Source: an uncultured Actinomycetes bacterium (GTDB lineage Bacteria; Actinomycetota; Thermoleophilia; UBA2241). From it: a stretch of DNA of 34,657 bases. Of this stretch, positions 25,785 to 34,527 are shown one piece after another. The position numbers were made by a program, and so were the translations under genes. Under the pieces are notes generated by a model. It did no database searches. It saw nothing but the letters and a program-made list of their open reading frames with translations, and was not told the DNA's origin. The DNA lies in contig CAVPVX010000009.1 in assembly GCA_963709345.1 (NCBI GenBank), positions 1 to 34,657 on the forward strand, in the 5' to 3' direction. Every line of letters starts with the position of its first letter. Positions within the stretch are counted from its first letter, which is position 1.

Positions 25785-26960
25785 ATGGCGATGAGACCAT
25801 GGACGCGATCTTGGGCACGGCGTGGTAGAGGGCGCGAGCGGGGCGCAGGCCTGATCGTGATCATCGCAGTCGTGGCGGCGCTTGCCGTCTCGGCGACCAC
25901 TTTGGTCGCCTTCACGGGTAACATCCAGCACAACACTTCTGACACACAGATGCACGTGAAGTCGTTCACTGTGACCGAGGCGGGGCTTGACGTCGGGATG
26001 GCACAGCTCAGCACGCAATGGCCCGTCTCGTCAACGAGCATTCCCACCTTTGCCACCGCCGCCTTCCGCAGCCGCTTCAGCACGAGCCAGGTCCCGAATC
26101 CACCGAGCGGCGCCTTCATCGCTGTCGATTGGTACGACGACGCGGATCCGGCGAATACAGCGGTCCGTTGGGATCAGAACGGCAACGGCAGACTCTGGAT
26201 GGTTGCGCAGGCCAACGTCGGGACGCGCTCGACGCGCGTCTTGTCGCTCGTTGAGCGTACGTGGTTCACCATGAACCTGCCTCGAGGCATTCCCCTGTGG
26301 GCTGCCGGAGACCTGCTCAGCAACGGAGGGGGCAACAACCCGAAGATCCGGGTCGAGGTCCCGCCGCCGGCGGGCACGACCACGACTATCCAAGTCGGCG
26401 GCACCATTGAGGAGTCCAGCGTCTCGCAGGCAGGCATTGCACAGCTGACCGGTAGCCAGATCAGCTCGCTCGACCAGGTCTTCCCACAGTCGCTTGTTGA
26501 CTCTCTCAAGGCCCTGGCCCAAGCTAATGGGCGCTATTTCACATCGCTGTCCGCCGCGGAATCCAGTCCGGCCAACGCGGTCTGGAGCCCTTCCGGTGGG
26601 ATCAGCGGCCTCACGGTGATCGAGCCTGCAGCCCCGACGAACATGAAGGTCACAGGGAATGGCACCTACAACAGCGAGGCGCAGCCCGGGATTTTTATGA
26701 TCCTCGGCGGCAGCAGCTTCGAGTGGGGTGGCAACGCTGACTTCTACGGCGTCATGTACTCGGAGGGCCCCATGAGCACCTCCCACGGGACAGCTGACAT
26801 CCACGGGATGGTCGTCACCAACAACGATGAAGAGATGAAGGGCACGCCGTGGATCCTCTACAACGACAACTGCATCGCGAATCTCAGCCAGCGCTTCCCT
26901 TCGCTCGTGCGTCGCGTGCAGAACACATGGCGCGAGGTGCAGCCCACACCGCTGCCATGA
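25785..26960 (+). CDS. PilX/PulK-like minor pilin with a large C-terminal domain
   Basis: 'RERG|AGLIVIIAVV' (no Glu+5, typical of PilX), 'SFTVTEAGLD', C-terminal 'FYGVMYSEG...IHGMVV...ILYN...TWRE'. Confidence 0.78.
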   Translation: MAMRPWTRSWARRGRGRERGAGLIVIIAVVAALAVSATTLVAFTGNIQHNTSDTQMHVKSFTVTEAGLDVGMAQLSTQWPVSSTSIPTFATAAFRSRFSTSQVPNPPSGAFIAVDWYDDADPANTAVRWDQNGNGRLWMVAQANVGTRSTRVLSLVERTWFTMNLPRGIPLWAAGDLLSNGGGNNPKIRVEVPPPAGTTTTIQVGGTIEESSVSQAGIAQLTGSQISSLDQVFPQSLVDSLKALAQANGRYFTSLSAAESSPANAVWSPSGGISGLTVIEPAAPTNMKVTGNGTYNSEAQPGIFMILGGSSFEWGGNADFYGVMYSEGPMSTSHGTADIHGMVVTNNDEEMKGTPWILYNDNCIANLSQRFPSLVRRVQNTWREVQPTPLP

Positions 26961-26992
26961 TCACCTGACGTGCTCTTGAGGTATCTCTCATC

Positions 26993-27022
26993 GGGGCGGG
27001 GGGCCGCAGGGCCCCCCGCCCC
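26993..27022 (+). terminator. Perfect 13-bp hairpin after the pilin cassette
   Basis: GGGGCGGGGGGCC-GCAG-GGCCCCCCGCCCC. Confidence 0.6.
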
Positions 27023-27146
27023 AGGCGCGTACGGGGCCGACGGGTCCTAGCGGCACCGCAAGTCTCGATGCGGCCGGAATGGCCACCCGCCCCCTTTGCG
27101 TGCTGCGCGGCTCGCACCCGTCGGCCGTCGTATACTTGCCCTTCGT

Positions 27147-27221
27147 GGGCGATTAGCTCAGGGGAAGAGCGCCTGCCTTACAAGCAGGATGTCGCTGGTT
27201 CAAATCCAGCATCGCCCACCA
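27147..27221 (+). tRNA. tRNA-Val(TAC)
   Basis: Acceptor GGGCGAT/ATCGCCC, anticodon arm CCTGC-CTTACAA-GCAGG, T arm GCTGG-TTCAAAT-CCAGC, encoded CCA. TATACT -10 box at 27131. Confidence 0.97.
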
Positions 27222-27304
27222 CAGCAGTTTCCAAAGCGTGATGGCCAGGGTGTGCGATGCTCAGCCGGACGCGATGGGCTTTCAGGACTTGGCCAAGCGT
27301 CGAT

Positions 27305-27333
27305 TTGACCTTTGTCACGTGACGCAGTACGCT
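27305..27333 (+). promoter_or_regulatory. higBA promoter with an operator palindrome
   Basis: TTGACC-17nt-TACGCT, with the perfect palindrome GTCACGTGAC (27314-27323) in the spacer. Confidence 0.7.
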
Positions 27334-27339
27334 CGGCTT

Positions 27340-27621
27340 GTGATCAAGACGTTCGCGGACAAACAGACCGAGCAGTTCTACGTGACCGGCAAGTCGCGTC
27401 GAGTTCCCCCAGATGTCGCGCGGCGAGTGCTGCGCAAACTGACTGCGATCGACGCGGCCGAGCAGGTCGAACTCCTCCGAGTGCCGCCCGGGAACAGGCT
27501 GCATGCGCTCGGGGGAGATCGAGCCGGCCAGTTCTCGGTCTCTGTCAGCGACCAGTGGCGTATCTGCTTTCGGTTCGAGGACGGCGATGCCTACGACGTC
27601 GAGATCTGCGACTACCACTAG
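27340..27621 (+). CDS. higB: HigB toxin (RelE/ParE family, plasmid maintenance system killer)
   Basis: 'IKTFADKQTE', 'LRVPPGNRLHALGGDRAGQFSVSVSDQWRICFRF', C-terminal 'DYH'. GTG start at 27340. Confidence 0.92.
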   Translation: MIKTFADKQTEQFYVTGKSRRVPPDVARRVLRKLTAIDAAEQVELLRVPPGNRLHALGGDRAGQFSVSVSDQWRICFRFEDGDAYDVEICDYH

Positions 27622-27638
27622 AGATGAGGTGATCACAC

Positions 27639-27953
27639 GTGAGCATTCCAAACGACAGGCAGTTGCAGCGTCGCCCCATCCACCCGGGCGAGATCCTGCG
27701 CGAGGACTTCATGCCCGACTACGACCTGAGCGTGAGCGGGCTTGCCTCCGCGCTGGGCGTGTCGCGTCAGTCCGTGAACGAGCTTGTTCGCGAGCGTCGC
27801 GCGGTGAGCTCCGAGATGGCGCTCCGTCTCTCCCAGCTGTTTGGCAACTCGGCGGAGTTCTGGCTGAACCTGCAGCGCTCGGTCGACCTGTGGGATGCGA
27901 GAGTCGCGCTCGAGGATGACATGCGGCGTATCACGCCGCTCCGGGTCGCCTGA
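27639..27953 (+). CDS. higA: HigA antitoxin (HTH XRE/VapI family)
   Basis: 'PIHPGEILREDF', 'LASALGVSRQSVNEL', 'EMALRL...FGNSAEFWLNLQ'. Follows the toxin gene. Confidence 0.93.
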   Translation: MSIPNDRQLQRRPIHPGEILREDFMPDYDLSVSGLASALGVSRQSVNELVRERRAVSSEMALRLSQLFGNSAEFWLNLQRSVDLWDARVALEDDMRRITPLRVA

Positions 27954-28039
27954 CCGACAAGCGGAGAAGTGCGTTGCAGCTTCTTGCTCCGCGTTCACAT
28001 TGGAGCACCTCCGTCCCGAGAAGCACTACGATCGACGGC

Positions 28040-28567
28040 ATGAGCGTCCACAGACTCGGCAAGAACCCGCATCAGGTGAGGGTCAGGTTGCCCCGCCAGC
28101 CCGACGGCTCGCGGCCGTCCGTCACGAAGACCGTCCACGGTACGGAGACTGAGGCCAAGCGCGTCGAGCGCGAGCTTCTCCACCAGCGCGAAAACGGCAA
28201 GCTCGTCACCCGGGCAAAGGGCGGGTTCGCCACCTACTGCGAGGAGTGGTACGAGGCCGCTCTCCGCGACGTGAAGCCGGAGCCCAAGACGGCCGACCAC
28301 TGGGCCTATCTCATCGACACCCACATCGTGCCGCGCCTCGGCACGATGCGGCTCACCGACATCTCGCCGGCGGCGGTGCGCCGCTTCTACGGCGAGATCC
28401 GGGCAGAACAGGAGCTGGCCGACGGCCGCGTTCGCAAGGGGCTGTCCGGCACGAGCGCACGCGAGGGTCGCCGTCCGCCTCTCCGCGATCCTCTCTCAGG
28501 CGGCGGTCGACGGACTCATCACGAAGGCCAAGGGAGGGATTTCGAGCCGGGCGAGAGCGACTTCTGA
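28040..28567 (+). pseudogene. Truncated tyrosine integrase (arm-binding and SAM-like N-terminal domains only)
   Basis: 'TKTVHGTETEAKR', 'THIVPRLGTMRLTDISPAAVRRFY', 'GLSGTS'. After a frameshift near 28465 it continues 'RVAVRLSAILSQAAVDGLITK'. No R-H-x-x-R-Y catalytic domain follows. Confidence 0.8.
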
Positions 28568-28657
28568 TACCGTCCGGCGGGTTCGACTGTCACGCCGACC
28601 GCGTGGCCGGACGGGCTGGCACTCAGGAAGCACCCACAAGCGCGAAGGGGGATCATC

Positions 28658-29119
28658 ATGAGACGAGGTCTGACCGCCATGCCGGCGATGCCGGCGGCCC
28701 TGTCGGTCACGCTGCTCGCCGTCGCGGGGCGTGGATGCTCGAGCGAGTCGGTCACCCTGGATGGAACCTCATGGCGACTCGTCGGCTGGTCGCTGAGCTC
28801 GATGAGCCCGGAAGAGTCCACCATCACGGCGCAGTTTGCGGACGGCAAGATCTCGGGCAAGTCCGCGGTCAACAACTGCATGGGCCCGTACACGCAGGGT
28901 CCGGGTGACGCGTTCTCGGTCGGCGACCTCGCCGGCACCATGATGGCCGGTCCCGAGCCCGAGATGCGCTCCGAGAGCGCCTACCTCAAGCTGCTGGCCG
29001 AGGCGAAGTCGTATGAGCTGAAGAGCGGCGGGCTCACACTGTTCGACGAAGGCGGCAACGAATCGCTGATCTTCGAGTCCGAGTGGCTCACGCCCGCCTG
29101 CGGTAAGGTACCCGCATGA
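28658..29119 (+). CDS. META (HslJ-like) domain protein, probable lipoprotein
   Basis: Hydrophobic signal ending in Cys ('LLAVAGRGC'), 'LDGTSWRL', 'ITAQFADGKISG', 'GTMMAG', 'ESAYLKLL'. Confidence 0.8.
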   Translation: MRRGLTAMPAMPAALSVTLLAVAGRGCSSESVTLDGTSWRLVGWSLSSMSPEESTITAQFADGKISGKSAVNNCMGPYTQGPGDAFSVGDLAGTMMAGPEPEMRSESAYLKLLAEAKSYELKSGGLTLFDEGGNESLIFESEWLTPACGKVPA

Positions 29120-29838
29120 CCCAGTCGGACTCCGTCGAACGCAAGGCGGCTCGCGAGCGGCAGTCGCACGTGAGGCACGAGTTGCGCGCGCCGCTCGCCG
29201 TCATGTACCCGCTGCTGTCGCTTCTGCTCGACGGCGGAGCCGGCGAGTTCACGGAGAAGCAGCGGGACTACCTCGAGGTCCTCGAGCGCAACGTCGTCCG
29301 GCTCGAGGGCCTGCTCGGGAGCGTCGCCGACAGCGGCTGGGCCGACTGCTCGGCGGCTCCGGCGGCGCCGGCGGAGGTCTCGCTCGGCGACGTCGTCGAC
29401 GAGGTGCTCAGCGCGCGGCACGCCGGTCGCGAGGGCGGCGCGCGCATCGAGGTGCGCTCCGCTCCCGGGCCGATCCGGCACGTCTGGGCCGACCGCGACG
29501 ACGCGCGTCAGATCGTCGCGGACCTGGTCGCCAACGCCGTCGCGTACACTCCGCCGGCCGGTGCGGTCACAGTGCGCATCGGCGTCGGCCGCGAAGCGGG
29601 CTTCGTCGAGGTGGCCGTCTCGGACACGGGCCCGGGCATCCCTGCTGACGAACTGCACCGCGCCTTCGACTTCGGCTTCCGCGGCGAGCTCGCCCGGCGG
29701 CTTTCCGTGCCGGGGCTCGGCGCCGGCCTCTGGATCTGCCGCGAGTTGGCTCAGCGCAACGGCGGCGATGTCTCACTCGTGAGCGCGCCCGGAGCCGGCA
29801 CGACTGCGACCGTCGCCTTGCCGACCGCGCGCCGCTAA
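29116..29838 (+). CDS. Sensor-less histidine kinase (HisKA + HATPase_c)
   Basis: H-box 'RHELRAPL', N-box 'LVANAVAYT', 'DTGPGI', 'GLGAGLWIC'. No TM or sensor domain. ATGA overlap with the META gene. Confidence 0.85.
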   Translation: MTQSDSVERKAARERQSHVRHELRAPLAVMYPLLSLLLDGGAGEFTEKQRDYLEVLERNVVRLEGLLGSVADSGWADCSAAPAAPAEVSLGDVVDEVLSARHAGREGGARIEVRSAPGPIRHVWADRDDARQIVADLVANAVAYTPPAGAVTVRIGVGREAGFVEVAVSDTGPGIPADELHRAFDFGFRGELARRLSVPGLGAGLWICRELAQRNGGDVSLVSAPGAGTTATVALPTARR

Positions 29839-29985
29839 TCGGCCCGGCTGCGTTCTCACGACGCGGTGGCGGTCCGGGCAGCTACGAGCCTGCGCGGGTC
29901 CCCCCGACGAGCATGGTAAAGTTGACCGCACTCGTCCACGGTGGTGTCGATGCCGACGACTGCGGGAGGGATACTGGCAGCCAGC

Positions 29986-31143
29986 ATGTCAGCCGAGCTA
30001 GCGCCACGCACGCTCTTCGTGACCAACGACTTCCCACCTCGCATCGGTGGCGCCCAGTCGTACTACTGGGGCGCAATCCGTACGCTCGACCCATCCGAGG
30101 TCACGATTCTCGCGCCGGCGCACGTCGACGCGGCGGCGTTCGACGCCACGCATCCCTACACGGTCGTGCGTGCGTCCACATCCGTGCTCTGGCCGACGGC
30201 GGCCATGCTCCGCTCGGTGGCCGCTCTCGCGGAGAAGGTCGGCGCGGAGCTCGTGCAACTCGGCCACCCCCTGCCGGCCGGCCTTATGGGCCCGCAACTC
30301 AAGAAGCGCTGCGGAATCCCGTACATCGTCTTTCTCGGTGGCGCGGAGGTCACGCTGCCCGGCGCCATCCCCGGAGTGAACGGCGTCTTGCGGCACGTCC
30401 TCGGCAATGCCTCCATGCTCCTCACCGTCAGCGAGTACACCGCCCGTGCCGCGTCTCAGCAGGTGCGGGGCGCCGTGCCGGCCGAAGTGCTGCGGCCGCC
30501 GCTCGACGTGGCCGGATTCACTCCTGCCGGCGCCGGCGAGGCCGAGCAGCTGCGCCGGTCTCTCGGCATCGACGGCGAGCTCGTCGTCTGCCTCGGTCGC
30601 CTGGTGCCGCGAAAGGGCCAGGACAAGCTCATCGACGCTCTGGCGTTGCTGAGCCAGGAGTTCCCGCGCCTGCATCTTGCCCTCATCGGCGAGGGGCGCC
30701 TGGCGACGCGCCTCTATGACCGCGCTCAGCGGCGTGGGGTCGCCGGGCGCGTGCATCTCACGGGCGCTCTCGTCGATGCTGCCGTCACCGACTGGCTGCG
30801 CGCCGCCGACCTCTTCGCCTCGCCGTGCCGCACGCGCTGGGGCGGCTTTGAAGTGGAGGGCTTCGGCATCGTCTTCGCGGAGGCCGCGCTCACGGGTCTG
30901 CCGGTGATCGCCGGCCGATCGGGCGGGGCTCCCGAGGCCGTGGAAGAGGGCGAGACGGGCATGGTGGTGGACGGCGACTCCGCCCAGCAGGTGGCCGCCG
31001 CACTCGCGCGCCTGCTGCGGCTGTCGCCCGAGAGTCGCCGTGAGATGGGCGCTCGCGGCCGCGCCCGGGCGCTCGCCATGCACGCGCCCGAGGTGGTGGG
31101 CGGGCGCTACCGCGCGCTCCTGCAGCGAGCGGTCGGCCGATGA
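29986..31143 (+). CDS. GT4 glycosyltransferase, PimB'-like (phosphatidylinositol mannoside type)
   Basis: 'LFVTNDFPPRIGGAQSY', 'GRLVPRKGQDKLI', 'EGFGIVFAEA', 'GRSGGAPEAV'. The start could be at 29941 or 29950. Confidence 0.85.
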   Translation: MSAELAPRTLFVTNDFPPRIGGAQSYYWGAIRTLDPSEVTILAPAHVDAAAFDATHPYTVVRASTSVLWPTAAMLRSVAALAEKVGAELVQLGHPLPAGLMGPQLKKRCGIPYIVFLGGAEVTLPGAIPGVNGVLRHVLGNASMLLTVSEYTARAASQQVRGAVPAEVLRPPLDVAGFTPAGAGEAEQLRRSLGIDGELVVCLGRLVPRKGQDKLIDALALLSQEFPRLHLALIGEGRLATRLYDRAQRRGVAGRVHLTGALVDAAVTDWLRAADLFASPCRTRWGGFEVEGFGIVFAEAALTGLPVIAGRSGGAPEAVEEGETGMVVDGDSAQQVAAALARLLRLSPESRREMGARGRARALAMHAPEVVGGRYRALLQRAVGR

Positions 31144-32243
31144 ACGAGGGCCCCACGGCGGCTTCAGAGCACACCGAGCAGCCGCCACGCGACATGGACG
31201 CGATCGAAGTGGCGGAGACGTGCCCGGTCGACACCATCCCGCCGATACCGGGGATCGCGCCGGAAGGCGCGAGCGCCCCGGGTCGCCTCCTCGTGCCGAG
31301 CTTGTGGCGGATGCTGCTCGGCATGGCTGCCGGACTGGGCATCGGTGTCGCCGTCATCCTCATCTTCACCCCGCACATCGCCAGCGAAGTGCACGATGCG
31401 CAGCGCGCCTCCACGCAGCCCTCCTATCTGCTGTTGGCCCTGCTCTGCGTTGCGATCATCATCATCACCGACGCCTGGTCGCTGCTCATCCTGGCGCGGG
31501 TGTTCGAGCCGGAGATCGAGCGGCGCCCCGTGCTCTGCACGGCGCTCGAATCGCACCTCATCGGCGGCGCCACGTCCTTCGGTGGCTTCGAGATCCCCTA
31601 CCAGATAGTCATGCTTCGCCGCGGGCGCCTGAGTGGCTCCCAGGCCATGTCGGTGGTCGTCTTCAAGGGTCTCGTGCACACGCTTCTTCTGGCCGTCGTC
31701 GCGCTCGTCTCGCTGCTGCCCTGGACGGACTCGGCCATCACCCCGCTGCAGCGCTGGTTGCTGCTCGGCGTCACGGCAGCGCTGGTCCTCGTGTGGGTCG
31801 CCGTCTGGCTCTGGGTGCAGCGCCCGATGGGGCGCGCCTTCGTGCCGAAGCGGCTGCACGGCAAGCTGGATGAGCTCGTGGAGGCGGCGCGGGCGTTCGG
31901 CGGCGCGAGCCGCCGCACCATCGCGGAGCTTGTCGCCTTGCAGCTGGTGTACTGGCTGGCGATGTTTGCGATCCTCATCTTCGTGCTGTACGCGCTCGGC
32001 TGGCGCGGCCCGATCGTCCCGATCATCACGGGTCAGGCGGTGATGCAGGTGCTCATGCCGCTCTCGCCGCTTCCCGGCGGGGCCGGCGTGGCCGAGCTCA
32101 GCTACTTGGCGCTCATCGGGCCCTCCACGCCCGAGAGCATCCACGTTTCGAGCCTCGTGCTCTGGCGCTTCTTCACGTGGGTGCTGCCGGTCGCGGCCGG
32201 GGCGGTCTCGCTCAGTACCAGGGGGTTGTGGCGTGCGGCGTGA
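31140..32243 (+). CDS. Flippase-like membrane protein (lysylphosphatidylglycerol synthase TM/UPF0104)
   Basis: Multi-TM, 'GATSFGGFEIPYQ', 'PLPGGAGVAELSY', 'LVLWRFFTW'. Confidence 0.82.
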   Translation: MNEGPTAASEHTEQPPRDMDAIEVAETCPVDTIPPIPGIAPEGASAPGRLLVPSLWRMLLGMAAGLGIGVAVILIFTPHIASEVHDAQRASTQPSYLLLALLCVAIIIITDAWSLLILARVFEPEIERRPVLCTALESHLIGGATSFGGFEIPYQIVMLRRGRLSGSQAMSVVVFKGLVHTLLLAVVALVSLLPWTDSAITPLQRWLLLGVTAALVLVWVAVWLWVQRPMGRAFVPKRLHGKLDELVEAARAFGGASRRTIAELVALQLVYWLAMFAILIFVLYALGWRGPIVPIITGQAVMQVLMPLSPLPGGAGVAELSYLALIGPSTPESIHVSSLVLWRFFTWVLPVAAGAVSLSTRGLWRAA

Positions 32244-32859
32244 GCGACGGCCCTGGGGCGCCCCCCGAACGCTGCTCTGGGCGAGCGGCGCCTTCGCCGC
32301 CGGCTGCATCCCCAGCGGGCGGCTGGTCACGCGGGCGCTCACCGGCCGGTCTCTGGAGGAGATCGGCGACGGCAAGCCGGGTTCCTCCAACGTCGCCCGC
32401 AGCGTGGGCTGGAAGCCCGGCGCCGCCGTTCTCGCCCTTGATGCGGGCAAGGCGTACGCGCCGGCCACCGCGGCGCGGCTGGCGGGCGCCGGCGACGGCG
32501 CCGTGGCGGCTGTCGGCATCAGCGCCATGCTCGGCCACATCGCCGTGGTCAAGGGGAGGGGCGCCGGTTCCGCCCTGGGCGCCATGATCGCCATGGACCC
32601 GGGGACCATGGCGATAGGTGGCGCCGAGCTGGTCGCCGGCGCCAAGCTTCACCGCAACCCCCAGGCGGTCGCCGTCACGGCGCTCTCGCTGCCGCTCATC
32701 AGCCTGCTGCTACACCGAAGGCGACCGCGGCGGGCGCTCGGCCCCCTGGTGCTCATCGCCATTCTGCTGGCGGCGCGCGTCAAGGGTTCGCCCGGCACCG
32801 GGCTGCCGGCGTCGCGAGCGATGCTGTGGCGGCGCTTCTGGCTGGACAGGGACGACTGA
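32233..32859 (+). CDS. PlsY-like glycerol-3-phosphate acyltransferase family protein (divergent)
   Basis: 'GCIPSG', 'GDGKPGSSNVARSVG', 'LDAGKA', 'LGH...KGRG'. The third PlsY motif (H-x-x-N) is not recognisable. Confidence 0.75.
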   Translation: MRRERRPWGAPRTLLWASGAFAAGCIPSGRLVTRALTGRSLEEIGDGKPGSSNVARSVGWKPGAAVLALDAGKAYAPATAARLAGAGDGAVAAVGISAMLGHIAVVKGRGAGSALGAMIAMDPGTMAIGGAELVAGAKLHRNPQAVAVTALSLPLISLLLHRRRPRRALGPLVLIAILLAARVKGSPGTGLPASRAMLWRRFWLDRDD

Positions 32860-32870
32860 AGGGCGGCTCC

Positions 32871-34103
32871 ATGCGCGTCGGGCTCGTGACGCCGTACTCC
32901 TGGACCGTGCCGGGCGGCGTCAACCACCACATAGAGGACCTTGCCGCCGAACTGCAGGCTCGCGGCCACGAACCGTGGATCATCGGCCCTGTGGGGGTCC
33001 TCTCGACCACGCGCCGCGCCGTCGACAGCAGACGGCAACAGGCCGCCGAGCGGTTCATCCCGATGGGCACCGCCGTCCCCGTGCCGTCCAACGGCTCGCG
33101 TTCGTACATCAGTGTCAACCCCCGCGTCGTGCTCCGCATGGACCGCGCGCTCCGCTACGGGCGCTTCGACGTGCTGCACGTCCACGAACCCGGCACGCCG
33201 TGGGTGGGTCTGGCGGCCGTGTTCCTTGCCACGTCTCCGGTGGTGGCGACGTTCCACGCCGCGCTCGAGTCCTCGCTCGGCTACGACCATGCCCCGCGAC
33301 TCGGTCGCGCGGGTATGAAGCGCATCGACGTGCGCATCGCCGTCTCGGAGGCGGCACGCGAGTACCCGGCGCGGCTGTTCCCCGGCGACTACCGCATCAT
33401 CCCCAACGGCGTCGCGGTGGAGAAGTACGCGCCTGCGGTGGGGGCGCCCAAGGTCGGGAACCGCGTGCTCTTCATCGGCCGCGCCGAGAAGCGTAAGGGG
33501 CTCGGCGCGCTCCTGCACGCGTTCTCCGAGCTGCGGCGGCGGTTGCCCGACGCGACGCTGGTGATCGCCGGGGCCACCCGTGGACAGGCGCTCGAGGCCT
33601 CTCGTGTCGGCCTCGGGCCTCCGCTCGACCTCGACGGCGTCGAGGCGCTGGGCTGGGTGGCCGACGACGAGAAGGTCGACCTGTTGGGGAAGGCCGAGGT
33701 GGTGTGCGCGCCGTCGCTGGCCGCGGAGAGTTTCGGCATAGTGCTGGCGGAGGCCATGGCCGCCGGCGTCCCGGTCGTCGCGTCGGATCTGCCCGGCTAT
33801 CGATCCGTGCTCCGGGGGGGCGAGGCCGGCCGGCTCGTGGCTGCCGGCGAGCCGGGCCTTCTCGCCGACGCGTTGTACGACCTTCTGCAGGATCCGGAGG
33901 AGCGGCGGCGGCTTGCGGCGGCGGGCCTGGTCGCGGCGCAACGGCTCTCATGGAGTCGCGTGACCGACGAGATCATCGCCGCCTACGACGACGCCGTCGC
34001 GGTGGGCGACCGGCCCGGCGTGCATGGCCTGCCCGGCAGGCCCTGGTTCGGCCGGGCCTTGCTCGAGTACAGGCTCAGCGGGGGCCGTGCCGGGCGCGGG
34101 TAG
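32871..34103 (+). CDS. GT4 glycosyltransferase, PimA-like
   Basis: 'MRVGLVTPYSWTVPGGVNHH', 'FDVLHVHEP', 'PVVATFH', 'IIPNGV', 'ESFGIVLAEAMAAG'. Confidence 0.87.
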   Translation: MRVGLVTPYSWTVPGGVNHHIEDLAAELQARGHEPWIIGPVGVLSTTRRAVDSRRQQAAERFIPMGTAVPVPSNGSRSYISVNPRVVLRMDRALRYGRFDVLHVHEPGTPWVGLAAVFLATSPVVATFHAALESSLGYDHAPRLGRAGMKRIDVRIAVSEAAREYPARLFPGDYRIIPNGVAVEKYAPAVGAPKVGNRVLFIGRAEKRKGLGALLHAFSELRRRLPDATLVIAGATRGQALEASRVGLGPPLDLDGVEALGWVADDEKVDLLGKAEVVCAPSLAAESFGIVLAEAMAAGVPVVASDLPGYRSVLRGGEAGRLVAAGEPGLLADALYDLLQDPEERRRLAAAGLVAAQRLSWSRVTDEIIAAYDDAVAVGDRPGVHGLPGRPWFGRALLEYRLSGGRAGRG

Positions 34104-34108
34104 CCGTT

Positions 34109-34137
34109 TTGCTGCGCCTATTCGCGTGTGTTAGACT
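34109..34137 (+). promoter_or_regulatory. Housekeeping promoter for tRNA-Asp
   Basis: TTGCTG-17nt-TAGACT with extended -10 TGn. Confidence 0.6.
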
Positions 34138-34195
34138 CCCGCTTCGCTGCATCGCGGCCGGCCGCTCTCGCCAGCGACCATCCGTGGCAGCTCTC

Positions 34196-34272
<77 letters not shown>

Positions 34273-34287
34273 CTCTTCTCCCTGCGT

Positions 34288-34527
34288 TCAGCTCGCCCGC
34301 AACTCGGGATCGCTCAGCTCTTCCTCGCCGAGCGGCGTCGCCAGCCAGGGTCCCTCCGGAAGGATCGCCGGGTCGGTGATGAGCGTCGTCGAGCTGGTGC
34401 GCGTATCGACCCGCAGGCCGCAGTCCCCGTGCCAGAGGTAGCGTGCGCCGTCGTTGCCGACACACAGAGCTTCGAAGCCGCGTGCAGTGACCTCCGTGCG
34501 CGTGAACGTGGCGGTGGCGTCGAGCAT
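34288..34527 (-). CDS. Small hypothetical protein (79 aa)
   Basis: ATG preceded by GGGAGAAG on the minus strand. Protein-like composition and convergent with tRNA-Asp. No family recognised. Confidence 0.5.
   Translation of the reverse strand: MLDATATFTRTEVTARGFEALCVGNDGARYLWHGDCGLRVDTRTSSTTLITDPAILPEGPWLATPLGEEELSDPELRAS

Noticed and set aside
693-33941. Many long minus-strand and alternative-frame ORFs (e.g. 5861-7618, 14020-15519, 19184-21268, 31164-32645)
   Set aside because: Shadow ORFs of high-GC genes: they overlap well-supported + strand CDSs and show no recognisable motifs.
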